Source: Patescibacteria group bacterium | GTDB lineage: Bacteria > Patescibacteriota > Microgenomatia > UBA1400 > PJMF01 | Reading direction: 5' to 3' | DNA length: 64,000 nucleotides | NCBI GenBank assembly: GCA_016861205.1 | Contig: BOKX01000001.1 | Coordinates: 603,434-667,433, forward strand | In this document: positions 55,208 through 64,000 of the stretch, piece by piece | How positions within the stretch are numbered: the first letter of the stretch is position 1 | How the letters are laid out: each line of letters starts with the position of its first letter | Notes under the pieces: generated by a model | Database searches by the model: none | Told to the model about the DNA's origin: nothing | What the model saw: only the letters and a program-made list of their open reading frames with translations | Program-made: the position numbers and the translations under genes

Positions 55208-57040
55208 TCAAGCCCCAGTTCGGAGTTGTTTTTGAATCTGAGCTACCCTGGCGAGCACCTGGTCGTACTCGGCTTGGCGATCAGGATCAGCCACTAAATT
55301 GGTTTCTAGTTCTCGAAGTTTTTTGGTCAAAGCTTCCAACTCATCTTGAACAGCTTGAAGCTTTAACACTCCCACTCGGGCAGGCCACTCTTTGGCAACT
55401 TCAATTTGTTCAAGTAAAACAGTCAAGCGTGGGTTAAGGTAAATCTCAAACAAAGCTTCTTGGAGGTCACTCGCTAGACCTTTGATAAGGCTGGTAACTG
55501 GTTGACCAGCGGCTGCTTTCTGGGCAACAGTGATGAACTGGCGGGCAGCCGGTAAATGGAACCAGGTGGCTTCCAGCTGGCTAGCTCGATCTTTGAGCTG
55601 CTGCGGCGTGGAGCGTAACAATAAAAATAAAACATACTCTTCAAGATTAGAAATCGGTTCCTTGGTCTCGGGGGTGCCTTCTGGCTGATCCTGGCGCGCT
55701 GACTCGGCAGGCATCGACCCACTGGCCACGCCACTTTTTTGCAATGTCTGGCGAGCCGCTCTTTGGGCAACAACTTGCTTGATGTCAGTCATCACCGCCG
55801 CGGTCGTGGTCCCCAAGGCTTCAGCCAGTTTGCGAATGTAGACTTCTTGCTCCACCACTAACGGAATCTCGGCTAGAATGGGGGCCAGTTCTTGCAAAAT
55901 GTGCCGTTTACCCTCGGGTTTGTTGGCATCATGCTGCTGCAGAGCAGCATGGAGGAAAAAGTCGTACACTGAGGCTGAACTTTTGACGGCCTGACGCCAA
56001 CCAGCCGGATCGTTCTTGGCTAGCTCATCGGGGTCTTTACCACTCGGCAACCGAACAACGCGCAGTTCCAAGTTGGTACCTTTAACGACACTAATAGCCC
56101 GCTTCGTGGCCTCAACACCAGCTGAGTCCATGTCGAGCGATAACAACACTCGGTCAGCTACCCGACTGAGCAACTTGGCGTGATCGGCAGTGAGTGCCGA
56201 ACCTTTAATTGCGACCACATTGTTGACGTGGGCTTGCGTCGAAGAGATAACATCAAACTCACCTTCGACGACGACCACTTCTCGCTCAGTCCGAATCGCT
56301 TGGTACAGTTCAGACAGGCCAAACAACATTTGGCTTTTGTGATACAGCAAGGTCTCGGGGGTGTTAATGTACTTGGCTTCTTTAGCTTGAACCGACAACA
56401 ACCGACCTGAGAAACCCACCACTTGCCCTCGGTGATTAGCCAAGGGGAACATCAGCCGGTCACGGAAACGATCGTAGTTACGACCACCTCGACCGTTCAC
56501 CACTAAGCCAGCAGCTACAAGATCTGCCAAATCATACTTCTTTTTGCCGTGCAGATACTGAATTAAGCCGTCCCAACTCGGCAGCGCGTAACCGATGCGA
56601 AACAGCTTGATCGACTCCTTGGTAATGCCGCGGTCTTTCAGGTATGCCCGCGCCGGAGCACCGGCTTTGTGTTCAACCAGGAGATAGTGATAGTAGTCTT
56701 TGGCCAAATCGAGAACCCCCAGCAATCGTTGCCGTTCGGTTTCTGATGGATCAGGAGTAAAGTTGACCAGCTCAATGTGCGCCCGATCGGCCAGAAACTT
56801 GAGCGCTTCACCGAAGGTCATCCCTTCATACTTTTCCAGAAAATTGAAGACGTCACCGCTCTCGCCACAGCCAAAACATTTGTAACGCTGAAACTGCTCA
56901 TTCACAAAAAACGAGGGACTTTTCTCGCCATGAAATGGACATAATCCACGCCAATTGGTACCTGATCGCTGGAGCGAGAGTCGCTCACCAATCAGCTGCA
57001 CGATATCGGTAGCTTCTTTGACTTGTTGAATCTGAGACAT
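55208..57040 (-). CDS. dnaG: DNA primase DnaG
   Basis: Zinc-finger CPFHGEKSPSFFV, RNA-polymerase domain, TOPRIM (EGEFDVIS...DMDSAG). Confidence 0.9.
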   Translation of the reverse strand: MSQIQQVKEATDIVQLIGERLSLQRSGTNWRGLCPFHGEKSPSFFVNEQFQRYKCFGCGESGDVFNFLEKYEGMTFGEALKFLADRAHIELVNFTPDPSETERQRLLGVLDLAKDYYHYLLVEHKAGAPARAYLKDRGITKESIKLFRIGYALPSWDGLIQYLHGKKKYDLADLVAAGLVVNGRGGRNYDRFRDRLMFPLANHRGQVVGFSGRLLSVQAKEAKYINTPETLLYHKSQMLFGLSELYQAIRTEREVVVVEGEFDVISSTQAHVNNVVAIKGSALTADHAKLLSRVADRVLLSLDMDSAGVEATKRAISVVKGTNLELRVVRLPSGKDPDELAKNDPAGWRQAVKSSASVYDFFLHAALQQHDANKPEGKRHILQELAPILAEIPLVVEQEVYIRKLAEALGTTTAAVMTDIKQVVAQRAARQTLQKSGVASGSMPAESARQDQPEGTPETKEPISNLEEYVLFLLLRSTPQQLKDRASQLEATWFHLPAARQFITVAQKAAAGQPVTSLIKGLASDLQEALFEIYLNPRLTVLLEQIEVAKEWPARVGVLKLQAVQDELEALTKKLRELETNLVADPDRQAEYDQVLARVAQIQKQLRTGA

Positions 57041-57135
57041 GAGACGGATGACCTACGTTGTTCGTAGTATACGACACAAATCTGTGCGAACTCATTGCAA
57101 AAATCGCTTTCGCAACGAAACAGAAATAGTTTGTG

Positions 57136-57201
57136 CTAAAAAAGACTTTTCTTGATGAAGGACTAGCCGAGCTAATTCGAGACAAGAAAAGTCTTTTTTA
57201 G
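57136..57201. repeat. Perfect 19-bp inverted repeat (ctaaaaaagacttttcttg ... caagaaaagtcttttttag) with 28-nt spacer
   Basis: Arms at 57136-57154 and 57183-57201 are exact reverse complements, each ending in a T-run on its own strand. Located in the divergent intergenic region between dnaG (-) and the mazG-like gene (+). Confidence 0.6.
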
Positions 57202-57282
57202 CCAAAGTAGTTCTTGTTGCAGTCGAAATGGATTTTTACAATGAGTTCTGTATAATGCAGCCAGATTGGATTTTCAATTGCT

Positions 57283-57663
57283 ATGTCAAACCAAACCCAC
57301 TCCAAACCCGCCAGTCACCCGACACCGAAAGTCAAAGCCCAGTACTACTCCACTCCTTTTGGCGAGTACTTCCGCGAACTCGACAAAATTGACAAAGGCC
57401 AACGAGCCACCAAAGAGTTCGGGTCGCTGATGATTCTCAGCCTAGTTGAAGAAGTTGGTGAGATGGCTCGAGCCTACTTGGCGGAACACGGTCGTAAACC
57501 TCGCAATCTGGCTGCTCAACGAGATGAAACCTACGAGCAAGAACTGGGCGACATCTTGGTAGCTATTTTGCGCTTTGCGCGCATCAAGAAAATCAATCTC
57601 GATGACCGCATTCGCTACTCACTCAACAAGATCTACGAGCGGCGCAACAAACCGAAAGAATAA
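57283..57663 (+). CDS. MazG-like nucleotide pyrophosphohydrolase domain protein
   Basis: LVEEVGEMARAY...ELGDILVAILRFARIKKINLDD resembles the MazG EExxE helix pair. Pattern-level. Confidence 0.45.
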   Translation: MSNQTHSKPASHPTPKVKAQYYSTPFGEYFRELDKIDKGQRATKEFGSLMILSLVEEVGEMARAYLAEHGRKPRNLAAQRDETYEQELGDILVAILRFARIKKINLDDRIRYSLNKIYERRNKPKE

Positions 57664-57690
57664 CCAGAGCCTTTTTGACTTTGAGAGCTT

Positions 57691-58014
57691 TTAATCCAGA
57701 TTTGATCTGACACCAACTAGCTCGATGTGAGAGTAGCGTTTTTTGACTTCTGCCCAAAACTTCTCAGCCACTTTGGATGAAAACTTGGCGTTCTGACCTT
57801 TTTCCATACCAGCGCAGAGACGTTGTTCCCAGTCGCGAATGATATCGACCAACACTTGACCTTCAGTGTGGAAGCGTTGGCTCCACTGCTTACGATCAGT
57901 TTTATAACCATCATGCACTTCTTGAAACGCATCAAACAACGTTTGGTGTTGAGACACCATGTCCTGAAAATACTGTTGATACTTTGTCATATCGCAAGCA
58001 TGGTAGCACACCAA
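57691..58014 (-). CDS. Hypothetical protein (107 aa)
   Basis: ORF-only. The start may be the internal MTKYQQY. Confidence 0.3.
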   Translation of the reverse strand: MVCYHACDMTKYQQYFQDMVSQHQTLFDAFQEVHDGYKTDRKQWSQRFHTEGQVLVDIIRDWEQRLCAGMEKGQNAKFSSKVAEKFWAEVKKRYSHIELVGVRSNLD

Positions 58015-58203
58015 ATGAAATGGGGGGAGATTGAGTTATGTCTGCGAGGTGGTTGACTTCCTTTTTATTCTCATCTGTTTTTTGGTTGATGGTTTTGGAG
58101 GCCTTTCTAGCATCCAAGACTATCAACCAAAAAGCAGAGTTGCCAGTTTTTCATCAGCTAAATCAGTGTATGATGGACAGAATCATTTTTGGGTTGAACC
58201 TTT

Positions 58204-59700
58204 ATGTCGACTCCACCTCTGAAAAAACTCACCGAACCACTGACCTTATTTTTAATCGGTGTAACCGGTGATTTAGCCAAAAAGAAAATTCTCAAAGCTA
58301 TCTACAAACTGCACGAGAAGCAGTTGCTCGCTTCGCCGTTCACCTTGATCGGCAATGCCCGTAGTCCACTCAGCCGCGAAGAGTTCCAAGCGTATGTCAA
58401 AGAGATTGTTCGACCCAGTGACGATGGAACTTGGACTAGTTTTGCCAAGTCACTCCAATATGTCGCTGGTAATGCCGCAGATGAGGCCACTTTTGCAAAA
58501 ATCAAAGCTCTCCACCAAAAGCTCCAAAAACAACGTACTTGTGGCAACCACATGTGGTACATCGCCACGCTGCCACAACTTTATCTCCCGATCATTCAAA
58601 ACTTAAAACAGTGCCAGCTGCACAACTCCAGCTGCGGCTGGACGAAGCTGCTCATTGAGAAGCCGTTTGGTACTGACTTGGCTTCGGCTCAGAAACTGAA
58701 TCAAGAGCTGAGTGAGGCATTCAGCGAAGATCAGATTTATCGGATCGATCATTTCTTAGGCAAAGAAACAGTTCAGAATCTGGTTGCTTTCCGGTTTGCC
58801 AATGGCATGTTTGAGGAGTTATGGAGCAATAAGCACATTGACCATGTTCAAGTCACGCATTCCGAAAGCTTGGGTGTGGCCGGCCGCGAACAATTTTACG
58901 ATGCGACAGGCGCCACGCGTGACGTGGTCCAAAACCATTTGCTCCAGATGATCGCGGTGTGTTTGATGGAAGAACCGGCTAGTCTGAATCCTGATGACAT
59001 CAGAAAATCGCGTTCAGCTTTACTGAAATCATTAACCGGTTTATCTGGTAAAAATATGGCTGATCATGTTCGATTTGGTCAGTTCACGGCTGGCGTGATT
59101 GATGGCCAAAAAGTCCCAGGCTACTTGGAGCACGAGGGCATCCCAGCGGAGTCTAACACTGAAACCGCGGTGGCTCTCAAACTCGGCATCGACAGCCCAC
59201 GTTGGGCTGGTGTGCCTATTTATGTACGGACTGGCAAACGACTCGCGCGCGACGTGTTGGAACTTTCGGTCCAGTTTAAGGACAAACCCAACCGCATGTT
59301 TAGCTCGATAAAGTATGGCCCTGATCCCAATATTTTAACTTTCCGCTTTCAACCGAACGAAGGTATCGTGTTGCGCCTGTTTGTCAAAAAACCTGGCCAC
59401 GGTATTGAGCTCGATATGGTACCGATGGAGTTTTGCTATCGCAATACCTACCAAATGGACTTTATCGAAGCCTATGAGCGCTTAATTCACGACGCTAGTA
59501 ACAGCGATGCCACACTGTTTCCTGGTCATGAAAGTATCGAATCCAGTTGGCGGATTATTGACGATGTGCTGGACTATCAACGTCGGGTCAAACCTGATCC
59601 CTACCCTGCCGGCAGCTGGGGACCAGAAAGTTTCACTAAGCTTATCGAGCAAGATGGTCGTGAGTGGATTGAGCCAAGTATTGATGTTTGCAGCGTGTGA
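58204..59700 (+). CDS. zwf: Glucose-6-phosphate 1-dehydrogenase
   Basis: N-terminal NADP motif LFLIGVTGDLAKKKI and active-site RIDHFLGKE. Confidence 0.85.
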   Translation: MSTPPLKKLTEPLTLFLIGVTGDLAKKKILKAIYKLHEKQLLASPFTLIGNARSPLSREEFQAYVKEIVRPSDDGTWTSFAKSLQYVAGNAADEATFAKIKALHQKLQKQRTCGNHMWYIATLPQLYLPIIQNLKQCQLHNSSCGWTKLLIEKPFGTDLASAQKLNQELSEAFSEDQIYRIDHFLGKETVQNLVAFRFANGMFEELWSNKHIDHVQVTHSESLGVAGREQFYDATGATRDVVQNHLLQMIAVCLMEEPASLNPDDIRKSRSALLKSLTGLSGKNMADHVRFGQFTAGVIDGQKVPGYLEHEGIPAESNTETAVALKLGIDSPRWAGVPIYVRTGKRLARDVLELSVQFKDKPNRMFSSIKYGPDPNILTFRFQPNEGIVLRLFVKKPGHGIELDMVPMEFCYRNTYQMDFIEAYERLIHDASNSDATLFPGHESIESSWRIIDDVLDYQRRVKPDPYPAGSWGPESFTKLIEQDGREWIEPSIDVCSV

Positions 59701-59706
59701 TAACAG

Positions 59707-60006
59707 ATGACAAAAACCTATCGTTTCTCAGCTTCGCTTTGGCTGTATCCCGGTAAGGCAGCTTGGCACTTTGTGACGCTACCAGCTGACGTCGCCAACG
59801 ACATTACTTTTCACTTTAGTCATGTCAAACGCGGCTGGGGTTCCTTGCCAGTCAGCTTGACCGCGCGCAATGTAACTTGGCAAACCTCTATCTTCCCTGA
59901 TAAAAAATCCCAGTCATATCTTCTGCCTTTGAAGGCCAAAATCCGTCAACAACTGGATTGTCACGCTGGCGATGAAGTGCAGTTTGAACTTACCCTAACT
60001 ACCTAG
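59707..60006 (+). CDS. DUF1905 family protein
   Basis: YRFSASLWLYPGKAAWHFVTLPADVA...WQTSIFPDKKSQSYLLPLKAKIRQQL...GDEVQFEL matches the DUF1905 consensus I remember. Confidence 0.6.
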   Translation: MTKTYRFSASLWLYPGKAAWHFVTLPADVANDITFHFSHVKRGWGSLPVSLTARNVTWQTSIFPDKKSQSYLLPLKAKIRQQLDCHAGDEVQFELTLTT

Positions 60007-60110
60007 ACCTTAGTCTGGCTCAATATTGAACTTCCCGCATAATCGGCGCATACTCGTGATGTCAGTCCCATCCACTGGCCTGGTATTTTTACTTTATCCA
60101 CAAGGACAAT

Positions 60111-60494
60111 ATGACAGGTTACTTGGACAACATCGAAAAACGCACGCTCGAAAACACCAACTTCCGCCGAGTGCTCTACACTGGCCAGCATGCTCAGCTG
60201 GTGGTAATGTCACTGCAACCGAGTGAAGATATTGGCCAAGAAGTTCACGAGATCGTCGACCAATTCATCCGGGTTGAAGCCGGCCAAGGTAAGCTACTCC
60301 TCAACGGCGAAGAACACCAAGTTGGCGATGGTGACGCATTTGTAGTCCCAGCTGGTGCTCAGCACAATGTCATTAACACTTCGTCAGACAAACCACTCAA
60401 GCTGTATACTATTTACTCGCCGCCTCATCACAAAGATGGTGTCATTCACGCCACCAAAGCTGACGCTGCTGCTGACAAAGAAGATCATTTATAA
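60111..60494 (+). CDS. Cupin-domain protein
   Basis: Two cupin motifs (HEIVDQFIRVEAGQG and GDAFVVPAGAQHNVINTS). Confidence 0.6.
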   Translation: MTGYLDNIEKRTLENTNFRRVLYTGQHAQLVVMSLQPSEDIGQEVHEIVDQFIRVEAGQGKLLLNGEEHQVGDGDAFVVPAGAQHNVINTSSDKPLKLYTIYSPPHHKDGVIHATKADAAADKEDHL

Positions 60495-60522
60495 ACGCGA
60501 CGCTTTGCTAAAGTAGTCTTGA

Positions 60523-60945
60523 CTATTTGGGCTGATTTTTTGACACAAACTTTTGCAACAACTCGATACTAACCGAAAAATCTTGCAAATATTTTGATTC
60601 AAGCCCTGGATAGTTGGCAGTTATGTAATCTTGTATCGCTGTGACAACAGGAAGCAACTCTGTGGCCTTGTTTATGTTAGTCGAGATTTTGGCCTGTTTC
60701 TCGTCAATCTGGGCTTGAGTTAAACGATCCGCATAAGTTGTTAATGTTTCTCGGGTTGTGGTAACTGTAGAAATTGTATTGCGAACTTGTTGTGCTACAG
60801 TGGTCAACAAACTATCGAAGCTATTGCCCGTCTTATTCTCTCTGAGAATATCCGCGTGAGATGTTTGCAAAAAAGGCTCGAGCTTGTTCACTAAGTCAGT
60901 TGAAAGTTCAGTCATATAACTTCCTGTAGATACATACAGGTTCAT
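60523..60945 (-). CDS. Hypothetical protein (140 aa, lower GC)
   Basis: ORF-only. Thr/Ser-rich and helical. About 40% GC. Confidence 0.3.
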   Translation of the reverse strand: MNLYVSTGSYMTELSTDLVNKLEPFLQTSHADILRENKTGNSFDSLLTTVAQQVRNTISTVTTTRETLTTYADRLTQAQIDEKQAKISTNINKATELLPVVTAIQDYITANYPGLESKYLQDFSVSIELLQKFVSKNQPK

Positions 60946-61219
60946 TGTATTGTTAAACCATCATGAATGAAATAGCGACACGCCTAATCTAGGTTACTTC
61001 GGTTTGGAACATTGCTGCTAGTGGTTTTCTTTCCAAGTTGCTACCCGCAGGGCATTGAGTATGACCAACACATCAATTCATTCTTGAATAACAGCTCCCA
61101 CCAAAGGTGGTAGCTGGCCGGCCAACGCAAATGACATACCCAATAAACTTAAAACCATTCCCACATACATGCTCTGCTTTGCAATCTGCGGAGCACTCGG
61201 GTCTGGAACCCGTGCGTCG

Positions 61220-61420
61220 TTATAACTGTAAATTACTTTTACTACTCAACTCATTCTCAATCAGATCTTTTGCGATTTTCATCGCATTAAGTCTATTCTT
61301 GAGAAGGGTGTGGTGTGAAGTCCCATTAGGAAATTTCTCCTGGGCTTTTTCACATTTATAAATAATCGAATTGATAGCTCGAAGAGCTTCTGTTAACTCA
61401 TCAGTTGTATAGTTCGCCAT
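61220..61420 (-). CDS. Small hypothetical protein (66 aa) immediately 3' of tRNA-Ser
   Basis: MANYTTDELTEALRAINSIIYKCEKAQEKFPNGTSHHTLLKNRLNAMKIAKDLIENEL. The track ORF 61220..61531 runs into the tRNA, so I trimmed it to the first Met outside the tRNA. Confidence 0.3.
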   Translation of the reverse strand: MANYTTDELTEALRAINSIIYKCEKAQEKFPNGTSHHTLLKNRLNAMKIAKDLIENELSSKSNLQL

Positions 61421-61438
61421 AATAGCCTTTTGTTGTTG

Positions 61439-61521
61439 CGGAGGTGGTGGGATTCGAACCCACGGGCCCTTTCGGGTCACGCTTTCCAGGCGTGTGCCAT
61501 AAACCACTAGGCGACACCTCC
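61439..61521 (-). tRNA. tRNA-Ser (anticodon GGA), class II with long variable arm; CCA not encoded
   Basis: Hand-folded: acceptor GGAGGTG/CACCTCC, anticodon arm CACGC-CTGGAAA-GCGTG (U33, GGA, A37), variable arm hairpin CCC-GAAA-GGG, T-arm GTGGG-TTCGAAT-CCCAC. Confidence 0.75.
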
Positions 61522-61556
61522 CATGAAACAAGTTGTTTCAGGCCATATTGTACCAG

Positions 61557-61985
61557 CTAGAAGCCCAACCACCGACGAGCGATTAGCACTGTGAGTGCCG
61601 CTGCCACTCCAGTCACTACCATGCCCCACATCAGATCGATCACCGTAACTTGCCATGGCCAGCCTTTCAGCGTGGCTAAGTTCGTGAGGTCGTACGTAGC
61701 GTAAGCAACCAAACCAAACACGGCAGCCGGCAAGGCAACCTGCCACACACCTTTGCTTACATTTGGCATGATCACTAGCCAAGTTACACCGAGTACATAG
61801 ATCAGGTAAAACAGTCCCGCAGCTGACCAATTAACCGCTGGCGCCATTAACTTGCCAAGGTACGTTGCGTACAATTGCTTGGCCACCAGGCCAAGCCATA
61901 TCATATCGATACTCAGAAAAACCACTGCATTCACAGCAGCCAACTTGAAAAAATCCTGCATACCCACCCATTCTGGGAAAATCAT
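61557..61985 (-). CDS. DUF2177-family membrane protein
   Basis: Four TM helices and a C-terminal YATYDLTNLATLKGWP motif recalled from DUF2177. Confidence 0.5.
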   Translation of the reverse strand: MIFPEWVGMQDFFKLAAVNAVVFLSIDMIWLGLVAKQLYATYLGKLMAPAVNWSAAGLFYLIYVLGVTWLVIMPNVSKGVWQVALPAAVFGLVAYATYDLTNLATLKGWPWQVTVIDLMWGMVVTGVAAALTVLIARRWLGF

Positions 61986-62001
61986 GCTTGATTACCCGAG
62001 A

Positions 62002-62706
62002 CTATTTTATCTTTGTCTCACGCATCAAAGCAAGGTTAACAAGTGGATACCCAAATTTACCCAGCACCTGCATCAAGTCGTACCCATCGTTCAATTCTGA
62101 TGATGAGTAGCCATCCTTTGCTTTAAAATAATTTCCGTCAATCATTAACCTGCCGCCTGGCTCTGATTGTGCATTAGGCACATGCATTCCATGCAGAGAA
62201 GCTAGGTGCTTATCATCTGTGCCCTTATAGTAAACAAGCTTTTTACCAGTCGTCACTGTGGCAATTCTTTCCCGGAACTTGTTGCCCTCCTGATTTCCGT
62301 TTAACTGCGGCCGGAGTCTGCCGATGGTAGTCAGTAGCCAAGAGTTGAGGACGCCCAATAAGACTCGGTCATATTTTTCATTGTTCGCCACGCGCCATAA
62401 AGCATCTAAGTGCCGTGGTTGATAACGATGCAGTTTCTGCTCTGTTCGCAAAATACCTGCACCAAGCATTGCTATGGCTAGCGCCACTTCATCAGCTGCT
62501 TGGGGTTCTTTGACACCCACATAATAACCCTCGAACCCGGTAGCTGAGGGCGAGTCGATAAAAGGATTCACATGTCGGGTTGCCGTCCAGCGATGAAAAG
62601 CTTCTTCGTACCGACGTATCTTGTTTGCATCCTCAGTTGAAGGCACACCGAAGTAGTGGAGTGGAACTGGCTTCAAGGCCTCAATCAAGTTTAGCGCACC
62701 AACCAT
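62002..62706 (-). CDS. Hypothetical protein (234 aa)
   Basis: ORF-only with protein-like composition. Co-directional with the downstream membrane glycosyltransferase-like gene. Confidence 0.35.
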   Translation of the reverse strand: MVGALNLIEALKPVPLHYFGVPSTEDANKIRRYEEAFHRWTATRHVNPFIDSPSATGFEGYYVGVKEPQAADEVALAIAMLGAGILRTEQKLHRYQPRHLDALWRVANNEKYDRVLLGVLNSWLLTTIGRLRPQLNGNQEGNKFRERIATVTTGKKLVYYKGTDDKHLASLHGMHVPNAQSEPGGRLMIDGNYFKAKDGYSSSELNDGYDLMQVLGKFGYPLVNLALMRETKIK

Positions 62707-62788
62707 ACATTCTTTCTACCTGGACCTCCAGGCAAGACAGGTACGGCAGGAGTATACATCTCACTTACATACTCGGCTGTGATCGATA

Positions 62789-64000
62789 TTACAAATCTGG
62801 TGCAACTCCGAAACTTGGTCCAACTTGGCAACTCAGTTTGATAAACTTGCGATCGGTGTCATAGAGCTTGTCGGAATCATAGACTTGGAAAACTGGTTCT
62901 GATAATTGAAACCGATTAAAGTAGTGAAACGTTTTCAAAGGTGGGGTACTGAGGTTTTGAGCCTCGTCCGGTGTCAGCACTGTTAGGGTCTTTGACTCCA
63001 ACAATGGACAAACCGCTGCTAAGTCATAGCTTGGAATAAGTTTTGTTTTACCAAATTGACTGATGTAGTAAGGCGAACCACCCTCACGCTGCCCCGCCTG
63101 CACTTGCGTGGGATTCGCCGAACTATACCAGGCAAAAAACAGGAGCGCGTGGGGATCAACTTGGCGGGTAATGTAAACCTGATCATAGCCCTCTTGATGC
63201 TCGCCCACCCACTGACTCATGTCTCGGAACTGTCCCTGCCACGAGCTCTCCGATTGTTCTGGGTAGTACGAAACATAATCAACCAGCCAACCCATCGCCC
63301 AAATACCAATTAACAACCAAATGACACTTAGACTGATCTTGGGCGGGACCCACTTTTTGAGTTGATCTGCCGTCCACCAAATCCCCACCGCAATCAAATA
63401 GTTGAGGGCCGGCAACATAATTAACGCTCGACCTGCATGCGGTCCATCTGTGGTTAAGGCTCCCGGAATCGGGGCCAATAATGCCCACCACAGGAAAAAG
63501 TGGTGTGTCTTGTTCCGGCTGCTGGCAGCCACCACCAAACCAATCGCCAAAAAGGGCGCTAAAACTTCCAACAAATTGCCGCGTTCTGGGAAACCCAAAA
63601 TGGGACTGGCATTCACACCACCTTCTTTGAAGAACAAGAAATCTGGTCGCCAATAATAACCGTACTGCCTCGCCACCAAACCAGTAGTCACCACCAGTGG
63701 ATTGTGCAATAACCGTAGCCACGGCCGCTCCAAACCTGCCGCCAGCACCTGGGCGGTCACCACATCGTTGCTCACATCACTGCTGCCAAAAAATGAAACA
63801 GTTCTCGCTCGCACACCAGCCTGACCAAAAACCATCACCCCCCAAATGAGACCTGCCAGCACCACCCAAACACTCAGCGGCAAAAATCGCGCCTGCAGTT
63901 CACGATGCCAATGGGGTCGCCAATACACAACTGCGTACAACATCAGCAACAGCGGCACAAACAACCGCTCGGCATTGTAGGCATACATCGCCAACCCCAA
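62789..64000 (-). CDS. Polytopic membrane glycosyltransferase-like protein (ArnT/PMT-type, GT39/GT83-like), 5' partial: N-terminus lies beyond the window end
   Basis: Frame open to position 64000. Multiple TM helices followed by a C-terminal soluble domain, as in the ArnT/PMT architecture. The N-terminal catalytic motifs are not visible. Confidence 0.35.
   Translation of the reverse strand: MGLAMYAYNAERLFVPLLLMLYAVVYWRPHWHRELQARFLPLSVWVVLAGLIWGVMVFGQAGVRARTVSFFGSSDVSNDVVTAQVLAAGLERPWLRLLHNPLVVTTGLVARQYGYYWRPDFLFFKEGGVNASPILGFPERGNLLEVLAPFLAIGLVVAASSRNKTHHFFLWWALLAPIPGALTTDGPHAGRALIMLPALNYLIAVGIWWTADQLKKWVPPKISLSVIWLLIGIWAMGWLVDYVSYYPEQSESSWQGQFRDMSQWVGEHQEGYDQVYITRQVDPHALLFFAWYSSANPTQVQAGQREGGSPYYISQFGKTKLIPSYDLAAVCPLLESKTLTVLTPDEAQNLSTPPLKTFHYFNRFQLSEPVFQVYDSDKLYDTDRKFIKLSCQVGPSFGVAPDL

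Noticed and set aside
61220-61531. Track ORF (103 aa) extending into tRNA-Ser
   Set aside because: The 5' third overlaps tRNA-Ser (61439-61521). Only the portion from the first Met outside the tRNA (61220-61420) was kept, as a low-confidence small ORF.
1-64000. CRISPR array, rRNA genes, transposase/IS elements, integrases
   Set aside because: I scanned for regularly spaced direct repeats, rRNA-like conserved stretches and DDE/tyrosine-recombinase motifs in the translations. None were found in this window.

Overview
This 64-kb window looks like a gene-dense bacterial chromosome segment (about 90% coding, roughly 50% GC, no rRNA and no CRISPR array). I could not determine the taxon; the mix of small DUF proteins, an LCP protein, a DipZ-like redox protein and a GT4 transferase fits a Gram-positive-type or small-genome (possibly CPR/Saccharibacteria-like) organism. 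All functional calls come from reading motifs in the supplied translations; no database search was possible.

Recognisable content:
- Housekeeping genes: alaS (N-terminal part, running off the left edge), prmC, a polyprenyl synthase, rpoD, dnaG, gdhA, trxA, trxB, zwf, a DEAD-box helicase and a bacterial type IB topoisomerase.
- Two tandem OmpR-type two-component pairs.
- A copper-resistance operon: ArsR-TRASH regulator, CopA, a TauE/SafE-cupredoxin membrane protein, CopZ.
- A thiol-redox cluster: DipZ-like CcdA-thioredoxin fusion, a thioredoxin with a Met-rich stretch, and a DsbA-like protein.
- Zinc-related genes: a COG0523 GTPase and a ZIP transporter.
- Many small accessory proteins (VOC/PhnB-like, SRPBCC, DUF2200, DUF1905, DUF2177, DUF2975, YdeI, cupin, HAD, EamA, Nudix).
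- Two tRNAs on the minus strand: tRNA-Asn(GUU) at 46192-46266 and tRNA-Ser(GGA) at 61439-61521.

The most unusual locus is an AT-rich three-gene block (42631-46145, minus strand) lying directly 3' of tRNA-Asn. Its first gene ends in a domain whose motifs match the TIR-like (COG4271/PF10137-type) nucleotide-binding family used by CBASS and Pycsar effectors. The other two genes are orphans, one with a C-terminal Cys cluster and one with a coiled-coil tail. I could find no partner cyclase or sensor, so this is a candidate uncharacterised defence module on a tRNA-associated island.

Other notable points are listed under findings: a GC-richer Nudix/NTP-transferase/Nudix block on the other side of tRNA-Asn, an AT-hook protein paired with a 616-aa orphan, a CsoR-family regulator with a non-copper C-E-C signature ahead of trxA-trxB inside a split dnaG...rpoD unit, a perfect 19-bp inverted repeat between dnaG and a mazG-like gene, and an 18-bp exact duplicate of the ZIP transporter start inside the arsR promoter region.
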